From positions 35,340,001-35,404,000 of the forward strand of contig OX597840.1 of the NCBI GenBank assembly GCA_951406725.2: 64,000 nucleotides of DNA, written 5' to 3'. Positions within the stretch are counted from its first letter, which is position 1; each line of letters opens with the position of its first letter. The DNA comes from Octopus vulgaris (taxonomy: Eukaryota). Positions 13,481-27,450 of this stretch are shown piece by piece. The notes under the pieces were generated by a model. It worked only from the letters and a program-made list of their open reading frames with translations, made no database searches and was not told the origin of the DNA. The translations under genes and the position numbers were made by a program.

Positions 13481-13485
<5 letters not shown>
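13288..13485 (-). mobile_element. Short (TA)n-embedded element with variant hammerhead-like motif (13380-13415); Penelope pLTR-like
   Basis: Minus strand CTTT-CTGTCAA-A-GAGC-ATAG-GCTC-GAAA-CATA-AAAC; homologous to 35290-35718. Confidence 0.6.
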
Positions 13486-13518
<33 letters not shown>

Positions 13519-13792
13519 TATATATAATTCGTAATTAATGTGTAACCTTTTTAAATATCTTCTCACTAGTTGGCTTTCAAACGTATGTGTCTTAGTATCT
13601 TTCGGTATCTTAGTAATGCTCGGACATTATTAATTCAATATGGAAGAGATACGTCTTGTTTTGACTTTCTCCCTTGAAATAATTAAAAATGCATATATAA
13701 TTATTAATTTAATATAGCAATTGCTATAAATTGCTTTTTTCCATGGTGACTACCTGATAATAATCATTAACATGATTTTATCCTTATTCTAT

Positions 13793-13852
<60 letters not shown>

Positions 13853-14167
13853 TCATCATCATCATCGTTTAATATATATATATATTCATATATATATATA
13901 TTTATATATATATTATATATTATCCTTGTTGCTTATTTTGATTATATATATTATAAATATATAGACAATATAAATAAAATATATATATTATATTTATATA
14001 TAAATATATATATTTATATATACTGTGTGTGTATATATATATATAAATATATATATGCACACACACATATACATGTGTATATGTGTATATAGTAAACTAT
14101 ATATCCACTTTCCATGCTAGCATGAATTGGACTCTATGTGTGTGTATGCATATATATATACACACAC

Positions 14168-14494
14168 TGTGCTTGAGGAGACCTATTGAGGCAAGTACAT
14201 GAACATCAACATCAAAAATCAAATGGAAACTGTAGCTGTGATATCTGTGCTGGTGGTACGTAAAAAGCACCAACCGATCGTGGCTGTTTGTCAGCCCCCT
14301 CTGGCCCTTGTGCCAGTGGCACATAAAAGCACTCACTACACTCACGGAGTGGTTGGCGTTAGGAAGGGCATCCAGCTGTAGAAACTCTGCCAGATCAGAC
14401 TGGAGCCTGGTGCAAACTTCCAGGCTTCCCAGATCCCGGTCGAACCGTCTAACCCGTGCTAGCATGGAAAACGGACATTAAACGATGATGATGA

Positions 14495-14540
<46 letters not shown>

Positions 14541-14738
14541 TCATCATCATCATCATCATGTCGTTTAACGTCCGTTTTCTGTGCTAGCACGGGTTAGACG
14601 GTTCGACCGGGGTCTGGGAAACCATGGAGGCTGCACCAGGCTCCAGTCTGATCTGGCAGAGTTTCTACAGCTGGATGCCCTTCCTAACGCCAACCACTCC
14701 GTGAGTGTAGTGGGTGCTTTTTACGTGCCACCTGCACA
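14168..14738. mobile_element. Two SINE C copies tail-to-tail (14168-14498 +, 14539-14738 -) around (TA)n
   Basis: Inverted, near-identical 3' ends: (GAT)n-(TA)n-(ATC)n. Confidence 0.88.
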
Positions 14739-14741
14739 GCC

Positions 14742-14774
<33 letters not shown>

Positions 14775-14851
14775 TTCTATACATATAAAATATAATAAAG
14801 ATTCAGTTGTATTAGGTACTTAAATTGAGGCACTTGGTTAGATTGATCTAA

Positions 14852-15240
14852 TTTGCCTTTCATCCTTTCGGGGTCAATTAAATAAGTACCTATTTCTTTA
14901 ATACCCACAAGGGGCTAAACACAGAGGGGACAAACAAGGACAGACAAACGGATTAAGTCGATTACATCGACCCCAGTATGCAACTGGTACTTAATTTATC
15001 GACCCCGAAAGGATGAAAGGCAAATTCGACCTCGGCGGAATTTGAACTCAGAACGTAACGGCAGATGAAATATTGCTAAGCATTTCACCCGGCGTGCTAA
15101 CGTCTCAGCCAGCTCGCCACCTTACTTAAATTAAATAAGTACCAGTTAGACACTGGGGTCGATATAATCGACTTAATCCCTTTATCTGTCCTTGTTTGTC
15201 CCCTCTGTGTTTAGCCCCTTGTGGGCAATAAAGAAATAAA
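14852..15240. mobile_element. SINE B cluster: minus copy 14889-15122 flanked by plus-strand B fragments
   Basis: Family B core in both orientations. Confidence 0.8.
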
Positions 15241-15349
15241 ACAGGGGGAATGAAGTCTTCAATTATTCAAAATGAAATCTTTTGGGAGTCGTGGCTGTAT
15301 TCCAGACAAAGGTGATAAATTAATTAATATCATGACAACCTGTTAGACC

Positions 15350-15435
15350 AAGTACTGGAACCTGATATATGGCTTTCTCTACACCAAACCTTGCCCTTTG
15401 GCGTAGAAAAAGCCAGATATAAGGTTCCAGTACTT
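15350..15435. repeat. 86-nt imperfect hairpin (39-bp arms, 8-nt loop)
   Basis: 15350-15388 matches the reverse complement of 15397-15435 at 35/39 positions. Confidence 0.85.
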
Positions 15436-15598
15436 AGATAGTCTAGTATAGTGTTTTTCAACTGTTTAACCCTTGCATAACCCTTAGAATAAATTGCATG
15501 TCTCAAGGAACCCCTTCACAGTAAAAATTATGTACCATAATTTGATCATATTTTTGGCATCATAGTTCATGCAGTACATATCATATATATTATATATA

Positions 15599-15863
15599 TC
15601 ATCATCATCATCATCATCATCGTTTAACGTCCGTTTTCCATGCTAGTATTGGTTGGATGGTTCAACTGGGGTCTGGGAAGCCAGGAGGCTGCACCAGGCT
15701 CCAGTCTGATCTGGCAGTGTTTCTACAGCTGGATGCCCTTCCTAACGCCAACCACTCCGAGAGTGTAGTGCGTGCTTTTTATGTGCCACCTGCACAGGTG
15801 CCAGACGAGGCTGGCAAACGGCCACTATCAGATGGTGCTTTTTACGTGCCACCGGCACGGAGG

Positions 15864-15866
<3 letters not shown>
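15599..15866 (-). mobile_element. SINE C
   Basis: Family C core and (ATC)n. Confidence 0.88.
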
Positions 15867-15912
<46 letters not shown>

Positions 15913-15913
<1 letters not shown>

Positions 15914-16390
15914 GGTACAGGAGTGGCTGTGTGGTAAGTAGCTTACTTACAAACCACATGGTTCCGGGTTCAATCCCACTGCGTGGCATCTTGGGTAAGT
16001 GTCTTCTACTGTAGCCTCGGGCCGACCAATGCCTTGTGAGTGGATTTGGTAGACGGAAACTGAAAGAAGCCCGCCGTATATATGTGTGTGTATATATATC
16101 ATCATCATCATCATCATCATCGTTTAACGTCCGCTTTCCATGCTAGCATGGAAAGCGGACGTTATATGTGTGTGTGTGTGTATATGTTTGTGTGTCTGTG
16201 TTTGTCTCCCCAACATCGCTTGACAACAGATGCTGGTGTGTTTACGTCCCCGTAACTTAGTGGTTCGGCAAAAGGGACCGATAGAATAATTACTAGGCTT
16301 ACAAAGAATAAGTCCTGAGGTCGATTTACTCGACTAAAGGCGGTGCTCCAGCATGGCCACAGTCAAATGACTGAAACAAATAAAAGAAAA
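15913..16390 (+). mobile_element. SINE A with a SINE C-derived palindrome in its internal microsatellite
   Basis: Family A head and tail; palindrome at 16125-16164. Confidence 0.88.
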
Positions 16391-16879
16391 ATATATATAA
16401 ATATATAGAACATAAGAGATACCCAGGTAATAGGCAATCTGACTCACTAGAAAGAGCAGTTAAACACCAAGCCACTAATTGTTGTAATTGTATGAGTTTT
16501 ATCTTTTACTTGTTTCAGTCATTAGACTGTGACCATGCTGGAGCGCCGCCTTGAAAAACTTTTAGCTGAATACTTTATGTTTGGTACTCTTTTTATTCAA
16601 CCCTTTATTGAACCGCTAAGTTATAAGGGATGTGAACAAACCAACACCGGTTGTGAAGGGGTGCTGGGAAACAAACATACACAAACAAATATGCAGTCAC
16701 AAGGATTTGGTTGGCCTAGGGCTGTAGCAGAAGACACTTGCTCATGGCACTGAGGGACCAAACCCAGAACCATGTGGTTTAGAAGCAGGGTTCTTACCAC
16801 ATGGCCACACTTGGGCCTTTGTATGTAGGTATGTACACATGTATGTATGCATGTATGTGTGTATATATGCATGTATTTA

Positions 16880-16936
16880 TAGATAGATACATACATACAT
16901 ACAGAAATAGATAGATAGGTAGGTAGACAGATAGAC

Positions 16937-17024
<88 letters not shown>

Positions 17025-17040
17025 TGATAGATAGATAAAG

Positions 17041-17099
<59 letters not shown>

Positions 17100-17116
17100 G
17101 ATAGATAGATAAATAG

Positions 17117-17147
<31 letters not shown>

Positions 17148-17248
17148 GATAGATAGATAAATAGATAGAGATAGATAGATAAATAGATAGAGATAGATAG
17201 ATAAACAGATAGAGATAGATAGATAAATAGATAGAGATAGATAGATAA

Positions 17249-17312
<64 letters not shown>

Positions 17313-17436
17313 ACAGACAGACATATAGATATATGGATAGATAGATAGATAGATAGATAGATAGAATGATAGATAGATAGATAGATAGATAGATATAGAT
17401 AGATAGGTAGATAGATAGATAGATAGATATAGATAA

Positions 17437-17525
<89 letters not shown>

Positions 17526-19320
17526 CCGATAAATAACTAAATTGATAGATAGATTGATTGGAAGATAGATAGATCAAATGATTGATAAAAATGGAATTCA
17601 ATTTAAAATTTGTAATTCTTCGTAAATTGATGAAAGGATGTTGGAAAAATGTGTTTTAATCTACACACACACACCTGAATGCATGCATACGAACACATAT
17701 ACCTGTGTGACATTTTTAAATATATTTTCACAACTACATTCACAAATACACACACACACACACTCTCACACATACACACACATGCCTACATACATACACA
17801 CACAGACAGATACACATGTATACATACCTACATACGTACACACACATATGTACATACATAAACACATACATACATATATACACACACATACGTACATACA
17901 TACACACACATACAAACATACATATATACCTACATACATACACACACATAGGTACATACATACATACATGCATGCATACATACATACATACATACATACA
18001 TACACACGCACATACATACATACATACATACATACATACAAACACACATACACACACACACACATATACATACACACATACATGCACACATACATACATA
18101 CACACACACACATACATACATACATACATACATACAAACATACATACACACATAAATACATACATACATACATACAAACATACATACATACATACACACA
18201 CATACGTACATACATACATACACACACATACATACACACATACAGACACATACATACACACACACACACACACATACACACACACATACATATATAAACG
18301 TTGCCTGTCAAATCTGTGAGGACGTCAACCTTTAGCCGTGTTATGTTGAAGAATTAAAAACGAAACAACGCAGGAAATATGTCGTTTTGTGTGGACATAA
18401 CGGGTAGGGTCGACAGGTAAGGGTGTGTGTGTGTGTGTGGACAGGTAAGCGTGGATATGTGCTACATGTTCGTGTAGGTGTGTGTACAGGTGTATATAGG
18501 TAGGTGAAGGTATGAATGCCGACGGTGTAGCTGTGTGTGTGTGTGCATGTATGTATGTATGTATGTATGTATGTATGTATGTATGTATGTATGTATGTAT
18601 GTATGTATGTATGTGTGTTTGTATGTATGTGTGTGTGTGTATGTATGTATGTATGTATGTGTGTGTGTGTGTAGGTATGTATGTATGTGTGTATGTACGT
18701 ATGTATGTGTGTATCTATGTATATATGTATGTATGTGTGTATGTGTATGTATGTATGTATGTGTGTATGTACGTATGTACGTATGTATGTATGTATGTAT
18801 GTATGTACGTATGTATGTACGTATGTATGTATGTATGTATGTCTGTGTGTATGTATGAGTGTGTGTATGTATGTATGTATGTATGTACGTATGTGTATGT
18901 ATGTATGTATCTATGTATATATGTATGTGTATGTGTGTATGTATGTATGTCTGTGTGTATGTATGTATGTATGTGTGTGTGTATGTATGTATGTATGTAT
19001 GTCTGTGTGTATGTACGTATGTCTGTGTGTATGTATGTCTGTGTGTATGTATGTATGTATGTATGTATGTCTGTGTGTATGTCTGTGTGTATGTATGTAT
19101 GTATGTATGTATGTGTGTATGTATGTATGTCTGTGTGTATGTATGTATGTATGTGTGTATGTACGTATGTCTGTGTGTATGTATGTATGTATGTATGTAT
19201 GTATGTGTGTGTGTGTATGTATGTGTGTATGTATGTATGTATGTATGTATGAATGTATGTATGTGTGTATGTATGTATGTATGTATGTATGTATGTATGT
19301 ATGTATGTGTGTATGTATGT
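16880..19320. repeat. Compound microsatellites: (GATA)n 16880-17575, (TACA)n 17745-18295, (TATG)n 18530-19320
   Basis: Direct reading. Confidence 0.95.
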
Positions 19321-19412
19321 CCTTGTTCAGTTTAATTTCAAGATTTCTTGCCAAAAGAGAAAGAACCGGTTTCTAACCTAGATTCAAGGTTCCTTCTTTG
19401 GAATTTCAACAA
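19320..19412 (+). repeat. ~95-bp dispersed repeat; second copy inverted at 25077-25172
   Basis: AAAGAACCGGTTTCTAACCTAGATTCAAGGTTCCTTC..TGGAATTTCAACAA shared by both copies. Confidence 0.75.
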
Positions 19413-19840
19413 GGTATGTATGTGCGTACGTGTGTGTGTGTGCGTGTGTGTGTGTGTGTGTGCGTGTGTGCGTGTGTGTGTGTGCGTGCGTGTGCGTGCG
19501 TGTGTGTGCGTGTGTGTGCGTGCGTGTGTGTTTGCGTGTGTGTGTGTGTGTGTGTAGACATGTGGTGTGTGAAGTAATTTGGATTGTTGATGTTACAGTA
19601 GCGATTGTGGCATTCGGTGGTGTCAACGGAATGTTACACAGCGTTGGTATAGTACATAGCACAGGAGCCGGCAGGTGCGAAACAGGTTGTTCTGAGGTGT
19701 TTGTAACCGCTTTGTGATGTTATTAGTGTTCTGTGGTGCCAGGTATCAGCTATGTTGGGGTTTCGGTGCAGGTAAGTGGTCGGGTATGTATGTATGTATG
19801 TATGTATCTGTCTGTCAGTCTATCTGTTTATCTACATCTG

Positions 19841-19897
<57 letters not shown>

Positions 19898-20334
19898 ATA
19901 CCTATGTATATACCTATCTATCTATCTATCTATCTATCTACCTACCTATCTATCTATCTATCTATCTATCTAAACACAGGTACACGCGCCTGGATTTGTA
20001 TACACATACATACACGCACATATACACGTGTGTGTGTGTGTGTGTGTGTAGATTCGCATGTTTGTATGAACGAATGTATGAATGTACGTATGAATTATAT
20101 ATATGTGTGTGTGTGTGTGTGTGAATGTATGTACATACGTATACATATACATACATACACACATATTTATATATTTGTAATGTGCGTATGTGTATATATG
20201 TATATATATGTGTGTGTATATTTATCTATCTGACTGTCTGTCTTTCTGTCTGTATGTATGTATATGTGCATATATAATACATATGAATGAAATTATTGCT
20301 TACAGTGCTCAGGTGCACCACAACTATAATACAT

Positions 20335-20780
20335 ATGAATGAATGAACGAACGAACGAACGAACGAATGAATGAATGAACGAACGAACGAATGAACGAAT
20401 GAATGAATGAACGAATTTAACGAACGAATGAATGAACGAACGAACCAAGGAATGAACTTCGAATGAACGAACGAATGATTGAATGAATGAATGAACGAAC
20501 GAACGAACGAACGAATGAACGAATTTAACGAACGAACCAAGGAATGAACTTCGAATGAACGAATGAATGAATGAATGAACGAATTTAACGAACGAATGAA
20601 TGAACGAACGAACCAAGGAATGAACTTCGAATGAACGAACGAACGAATGAATGAACGAATGAACTTCGAACGAACGAATGAATGAATGAATGAACGAATT
20701 TAACAAACGAATGAATGAACGAATGAACGAACGAACGAACGAATGAACGAACGAACGAACCAACGAACGAATGAATGAAT
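20335..20780. repeat. (GAAT/GAAC)n compound tetranucleotide repeat
   Basis: Direct reading; recurring CCAAGGAATGAACTTC marker. Confidence 0.95.
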
Positions 20781-20899
20781 GTATGTATGAACTCACCTCA
20801 GTCAGATGAAAGTTGACATCGCCGGTTCTGTCTTGTAAGTTTCATTGCCACCGTCGTAGTAGTCGTCGTCGTAATTAATCTTGTACTATTAACATTGTC

Positions 20900-21082
20900 A
20901 TTTTAACCCTAGGTCGACCGCAAACAGAGAGCACATACAGCCAAACACATTCCAGCAGTGATCATTCCATGTTTTTTTGTTGTTGTTGTTTTTGTTGTTG
21001 TTGTTGGGTGCTCAAGACAACATTATGTAACGTGTCTTTAAAGAAAACACCACCACCAACAACAGCAACAACAATAATAATG

Positions 21083-21150
<68 letters not shown>

Positions 21151-21470
21151 AAGTACAGAAGAAGGGTGTGATTTGAGGAAGATTTGACTGCTCTTTCTAG
21201 CCGGTCAAACGGCCACTTAAGGGCTTCCTCGTGGGTTCATAAAAAGTAAGAGTTGTCTCTGGTGTTAATTGTCGTTAAAGTCCCCGGTTCACCTTTAATT
21301 AAAGGCTTTCCAGCCGTGACAGTCTCGTCAATTATTAAGTTTCCAGGTATATATTATTATCCAACGTGTCTGTCTTTTTACTCTGTTCTGTGTTTCTAAG
21401 CCAAAACGGTGGGATTCGAGAGGGATTTTAGCTGTTGCTTCTAGCAGGTCCGCGACCACGTTGAGACTAA
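20900..21470. mobile_element. Two copies of an old dispersed repeat (third at ~28655-28850)
   Basis: Shared TTCCAGC(A/C)GTGA and GATT(T/C)GAG..GATTT..CTG.T..TTCTAGC.GGTC blocks. Confidence 0.5.
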
Positions 21471-21519
21471 AGAGTTGTGTGTGATTATTCACTGACAGTA
21501 AAAGTCGTGTGGTTTTGCT

Positions 21520-22630
21520 GTTGTTGTTGTTGTAGGTGGAGGCGGCGGCGGTGACATTGATGGAGGAGGTGGTGGTGGTGGTGGTGGTGGTGGCGGTGGT
21601 GGTGACGGCGGTGGTGGTGGCGGCGGTGATAGCTTTGATAGCTGTAGTAATGGTGGTGGTGGTGACATTGGTGGAGGAGGTGGTGGTGTTAGTGATGTTG
21701 GCGGCGGAGGCGATGGTGGTGGTGTTAGTCTTGATGGTTGTGGTGGTGGTGGTGGTGGTGGTGGTGTTAGTGATGTGGGCGGCGGCGGTGGTGGTGGTGG
21801 TGTTAGTGATGTTAGTGATGTTGGCGGCGGCGGTGACATTGATGGAGGAGGTGGTAGTGTTAGTGATGTTGGCGGCGGCGGCGATGGTGGTGGTGGTGGT
21901 GGTGGTGTTAGTCTTGATGGTTGTAGTGATGGTGGTGGTGGTGGTGGTGGTGGTAGTAGTGGTGGTGGTGGTGGCGATGACGATTGCAATGATGCTGATG
22001 GTGGTGGGAGTCGTCATCGGTGGGGGGGGATTGTGGTGGTAATGGTTGTAGAGCTGAATGTAATGGGGGTGGTGGTGGCGGCGACGGCGGCGATGGTGGT
22101 GGTGGTGGTGGCGGTGATGAAGGCGGCGGTGGTGACGGCCACTGCCGCCTTGGCTTTCATTTCCTGTTCTCTCCCTCTCCCTCCCTTTCCTACTCCGCCT
22201 TTCTCTCTCCTTCACTCAAACTCATCTCTCACAAACACTCTCACCCTTTCCCTTCATTCTCCCTCCCTCACTGACTCCTTCTCTCTTCCTTTCCTATCTC
22301 TCTCTCTCTCTCCCACACTTCTTTCTTTCTCTCTTTCTCTCTGCTTCTCACTCTCCTTTATCTAACTTTCTCTTTCACTTTCCCGCCTCTTTCCTCCTCT
22401 CCTACCCTTCTTTCACATTCTCCTACATTCTCCCTCTCACTCCACTCTTTCTTCCACTCTTTCTCTCTTCTCCTCCCTTACTCCCTCCGCCTTCCCTTCC
22501 ACCGTTTCTCCTACCCACTCTCTCTCCTACACTCCCACCCTCCTATCTTCCCTATCTCCCCCTCCTTCCTCCTACCATCTCACTCCCATTTCCTACCTCC
22601 TACCTTCTCCCTCGCATTTCTTTCCTCCTA
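21520..22630. repeat. (GGT/GGC)n tract followed by CT-rich low-complexity tract
   Basis: Direct reading. Confidence 0.9.
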
Positions 22631-22876
22631 CCCTTGGCAATAATTAATTTCTCTTACCGAAACCTGACTTCAAAATTGTTTCTTCTTCTTCTTCTCGTTG
22701 TTGTAGTAAATATTTTTATTGTTGTTGTTTCTCCTATTTTAATGTTTGTTTTTGCATCTACACACACACACACACACGCACACACACACACACACACAAT
22801 CTATTTCTTACACCTGTAAGTAGATTGATATATATATATATATATACATATATGCATACACACACACACACATACA

Positions 22877-22967
<91 letters not shown>

Positions 22968-23091
22968 ATATATATATATATGTATATATATATATGTATA
23001 TGTATATAATATGTATGTATATATATATATATTGATAAAACGGTAAGATAACAAAAGAAAGAAAGAGACCTCAATATTATGTAAATAGAGG

Positions 23092-23143
<52 letters not shown>

Positions 23144-23167
23144 GTATGTATATATATATATGCACGC

Positions 23168-23320
23168 ATTTCGAGTTCCGCTGAGGTCGACTTTGCCTCT
23201 CATCCTTTCGGGGTCGATAAATAAAGTACCAGTTTCGCACTGGGGTCGATGTGATCGACTTAATCCCTTAGTCTGTCCTTGTTTGTCCCCTCTGTGTGTA
23301 GTCTCTTGTGGGCAATAAAG

Positions 23321-23324
<4 letters not shown>
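23168..23324 (+). mobile_element. SINE B module
   Basis: Family B core and 3' part. Confidence 0.8.
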
Positions 23325-23368
<44 letters not shown>

Positions 23369-23497
23369 ATATATGCATACACACACATACATGCATATAT
23401 ATATATATATACACACGCACACATCCATATATGCATACACACACATCCATATATGCACACATACACACATGTACATGTATATATATATATATATATA

Positions 23498-23892
23498 TTC
23501 TTTTACTCTCGTACTAGTTTCAGTCATTTGACTGCGGCCATGCTGGGGCACCGCTTTTAGTCGAACAAATCGACTTATTCTTTGCAAGCCTAGTACTTAT
23601 TCACTTTTGCCGAACCGCTAAGTTACGGGGGACGTAAACACACCGACATCGGTTGTCAAGCGATAGTGAAATGTGGGGACAAACACAGACACACAAATAC
23701 ATATATATATATATGCATATATATACACGACGGGCTTCTTTCAGTTTCCGTCTACCAAATCCACTCACAAGGCTTTGGTCAGCCCGATGATATAGTAGAA
23801 GACACTTGCCCAAGGTGCCACGCAGTGGGACTGAACCCGGAACCATGTGGTTGGTAAGGAAACTACTTACCACACAGCGACTCTTGCGCCTT
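23498..23892 (-). mobile_element. SINE A, full length
   Basis: Family A head, core and tail. Confidence 0.88.
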
Positions 23893-23913
23893 ATATATAC
23901 ATATATATGCATG

Positions 23914-23977
<64 letters not shown>

Positions 23978-24431
23978 AACACGCATACCGTTACATATAT
24001 GTATTTATGCATGAACACACACAAATTTACATACACGTATATACACATACTCCATAACACTCTTACACACACACACACGCATACTGCCTTCCCTCCCCTT
24101 CGTTTGAATGACTTTTCCTCCTACCTCCACCATCCTTCACCTCAATTCTTCCCCCCCTCTCTACGATGTCTGTTTCTCTTCTTCCCCCTCTCTCCCCTTT
24201 ATTTCCTTCTTTCCTCCTCCACCCTCTTTCTCTCACCAAATGTGTATGTGTGTGTATGTGTATGTGTGTATATATGTGTGTGTGTGTGTGTGTATGCGTA
24301 TGTATGTATATATAAAGATATATGCGGCAGGTATATGAGTGTGTGTGTGTGCACGTGTGTATATGTTACAGGTGTCATAAGGTATACGTGAGTTTAAAAA
24401 CGGAGGGAGGAGGAGGAGATACATAGAGTAA

Positions 24432-24705
24432 AGCGTGGCCGAGTGGTTAAGACGTTCACTTCGCAATCGCGACACCATAAGTTCGATCCCACTGCTCGGC
24501 TTTCTCGGGTAATTTTTTTTTGTTTGTTTTTCTTAGTAACTTGTCCGTTGAGTGAAAATTTGACAGATGGAAACTGTATGGAAGCTCGTCACGTGGACTG
24601 TACAGTACTTTAAATATATCCAGCATTGTTACAATGTGACACTCGCTGGTTCCACTCGAGTATTACGTTAAGGGTGCACGTGCCTATGGAATACTCGGCC
24701 ACTGT
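24432..24705 (+). mobile_element. Old tRNA-derived SINE: A-like head and core joined to the 3' module seen in the SINE D copy at 50245
   Basis: A box TGGCCGAGTGG, B box GTTCGATCCC, GATGGAAACTG, then TACGTTAAGGGTGCACGTG...ACTCGGCCACT. Confidence 0.6.
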
Positions 24706-24948
24706 CAGTATGCTTTGCCTTGCCTTATCTTGTTTCACTGATTGAACAGCGACCACGCTGGAGTGCTGCTTTGAAAAGTTTAAATTAACAAATCGACCCC
24801 TGGACTTATTTTCTTTCTATCGTACTCTTTTTAACCGAACCGCTAGGTTACGTGAATGTAAATAAACCAACACCGGTTGTCAAAGGCGGGGGGGGGGGCA
24901 ATGGCAGACATAAGCATCCACCGTATAATACATACATAGCAGATATAT

Positions 24949-24980
<32 letters not shown>

Positions 24981-25174
24981 GTGTGTGTGTGTTGTGTGTG
25001 TGTGTATATGCAGACAAACACATACAAACTTACATACGTACATATATACACACACATACATACACAAATACCCGGTTGTTGTTGTTGAAATTCCAATGAA
25101 GGAACTTTGGATCTAGGTTAGAAACCGGTTCTTTCTCTATTACTAAAAAATCTTGGAATAAAACTGAATAATGA

Positions 25175-25444
25175 CCTACACACTCACACGCACACACATG
25201 CATACATACATACATACATACATACATACATACATACACGCATACATACATACATACATACATACATACACGCATACATACATACATACATTCATACATA
25301 CATACACACACACATACATACATAATACATACATACATACATACATACATACACACATACATACATACATACATACACACATACATACATACATACATAC
25401 TCACACACATACATACACACACACACATACACACACACATACAT

Positions 25445-25475
<31 letters not shown>

Positions 25476-25836
25476 TACATACATACATACATACATACAT
25501 ACATACATACATACATACATACACACACACATACATACATACATACATACATTCATACATACATACATACATACATACATACATACATACATACATACAT
25601 ACATACATCACACACATACATACATACACACACACACATACACACACATACATACATACATACATACATACACACACATACATACATACATACATACATT
25701 CATACATACATACATACATACATACATACATACACACACATACATACATACATACATACATACATACATACATACATACATACATACATACATACATACA
25801 TACATTCATACATACATACATACATACATACATACA

Positions 25837-25864
<28 letters not shown>
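25175..25864. repeat. (TACA)n microsatellite
   Basis: Direct reading. Confidence 0.97.
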
Positions 25865-25866
<2 letters not shown>

Positions 25867-25867
<1 letters not shown>

Positions 25868-26890
25868 GAGGTGTAGCCAAAAAGTGTCCGACCTTGATTT
25901 TTTTGCACAAAATAATAATGGGTGAGCAAAATCCGCATGGGTATTAGGTGGCCACATCCTTCCCGAGCATGCGTAAAAACTTTCGTGTTTGTAGGTTGCG
26001 ACATTCGCCCGCATTGACGCGTTGAGTACAGATGTGAAGAACGTGCTGTGCGTTTTTTTCCTTTTGAATCAAGATAACCGAGCGTATTGAGCAAAGATAC
26101 TGTATTAAATTGTGCCAAAAACTTGGTGATACGCAAGCCCAGGCTATTGAGAAGATTCAGAAGGCCTTTGGAGATGATGCTATGGGAAACACACAAATAA
26201 GGGAGTGGTGTAACCGGTTCAAAGATGGCCGCATCTTAGTGCACGGTGAGCCACGTTGTGATAGACCATCAATGAGCAGAAACGATGAAATGGTTGCAAA
26301 GTTTCTTCATCGCCTTTGTGAAGCTGTGCGGTGAAAACGACCCGACCTTTGGGCAGCAAAGAACTGGCAAGTCCACTATGACAATGCACCCGCTCATTCC
26401 ACCCCCCACATCGTCCAAGTATTCCTCGTCAAGCGAAACACACCAATCGTTCGTCAGGATTCCTAATCACCAGACTTGGCTCCGTGAGACTTTTGGCTAT
26501 TCCCAAAGCTCAAAAAAAGAAAATACACTCAAAGGAAGAAGATTTGAGAGAACAGAAGACACTAAGCAAAATTCTAAGGCACAGCTCTACGGCATCCCAA
26601 AAAGTGATTCCCAGAAATGCTTCCAGCAGTGGCAGGAACGCTGGCAGAAGTGTGTAGACTCTCGAGGCGAAGACTTTGAAGGATACTAAATCAAAATGGT
26701 GAGTTTTTTAATATTACTTGTTTTTTTGCCAAATATAATAGGCTGTGTGCTAAGTAGCTTGCTAACCAACCACATGGTTCCGGGTTCAGCCCACAACGTG
26801 GCACCTTGGGCAAGTGTCTTCAACTATAGCCTCGGGCCGACCAAAGTCTTGTGAGTGGATTTGGTAGACGGAAACTGAATGAAGCCCGTC

Positions 26891-26957
<67 letters not shown>

Positions 26958-27194
26958 TGTGTCTGTGTCTGTGTCCCCCCCCCCCAACATCGCTTGACAA
27001 CCGATGCTGCTGTGTTTACGTCCCCGTCACTTAGCGGTTCTGCAAAAGCGACCGATAGAATAAGTACTAGGCTTACAAAGAATAAGTCCTGGGGTCGATT
27101 TCCTCGACTAAAGGCGGTGCTCCAGCATGGCCGCAGTCAAATGACTTGAAACAAGTAAAAGAGTAAATGTCGGATAGCGTTTCACTACACCTCA
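25867..27194 (+). mobile_element. Internally deleted mariner transposon with both TIRs and TA TSD; SINE A nested near the right TIR
   Basis: 26-bp TIRs (25867-25892 / 27169-27194, 20/26 match), TA on both sides; EQRYCIKLC...WCNRFKDGR, HYDNAPAH, SPDLAP*DFWLFPKLK, WQERWQKCVDSRGEDFEG*. Confidence 0.92.
26739..27167 (+). mobile_element. SINE A nested in mariner
   Basis: Family A core and tail. Confidence 0.9.
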
Positions 27195-27450
27195 TACGTA
27201 CATATGATGCAAAAAATACAACTCAAAGACAAGGTAAAGAAACAGAGTGTATTATCCACGGCAGGATTCGTTACAGTTTCCATCGACTAAATCCACTAAC
27301 AGGACATTGGTTGGCTTAGGGTTATAATAGAAGATGTTTGCCCAAGGTGTCGCGCAGTGGGAGCGAAACTGAAACCGCGTGGTTACAAAACGAGCTTTTT
27401 AATCACACAGTCAAGCCGGCGCCTATAATTATCCTTCCAACTAAAGGCAC

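Noticed and set aside
21328-22365. Mucin-like or Pro/Gly-rich ORFs (also 55059-55856)
   Set aside because: (GGT/CCA)n repeats are open in several frames, with no domain or splice support
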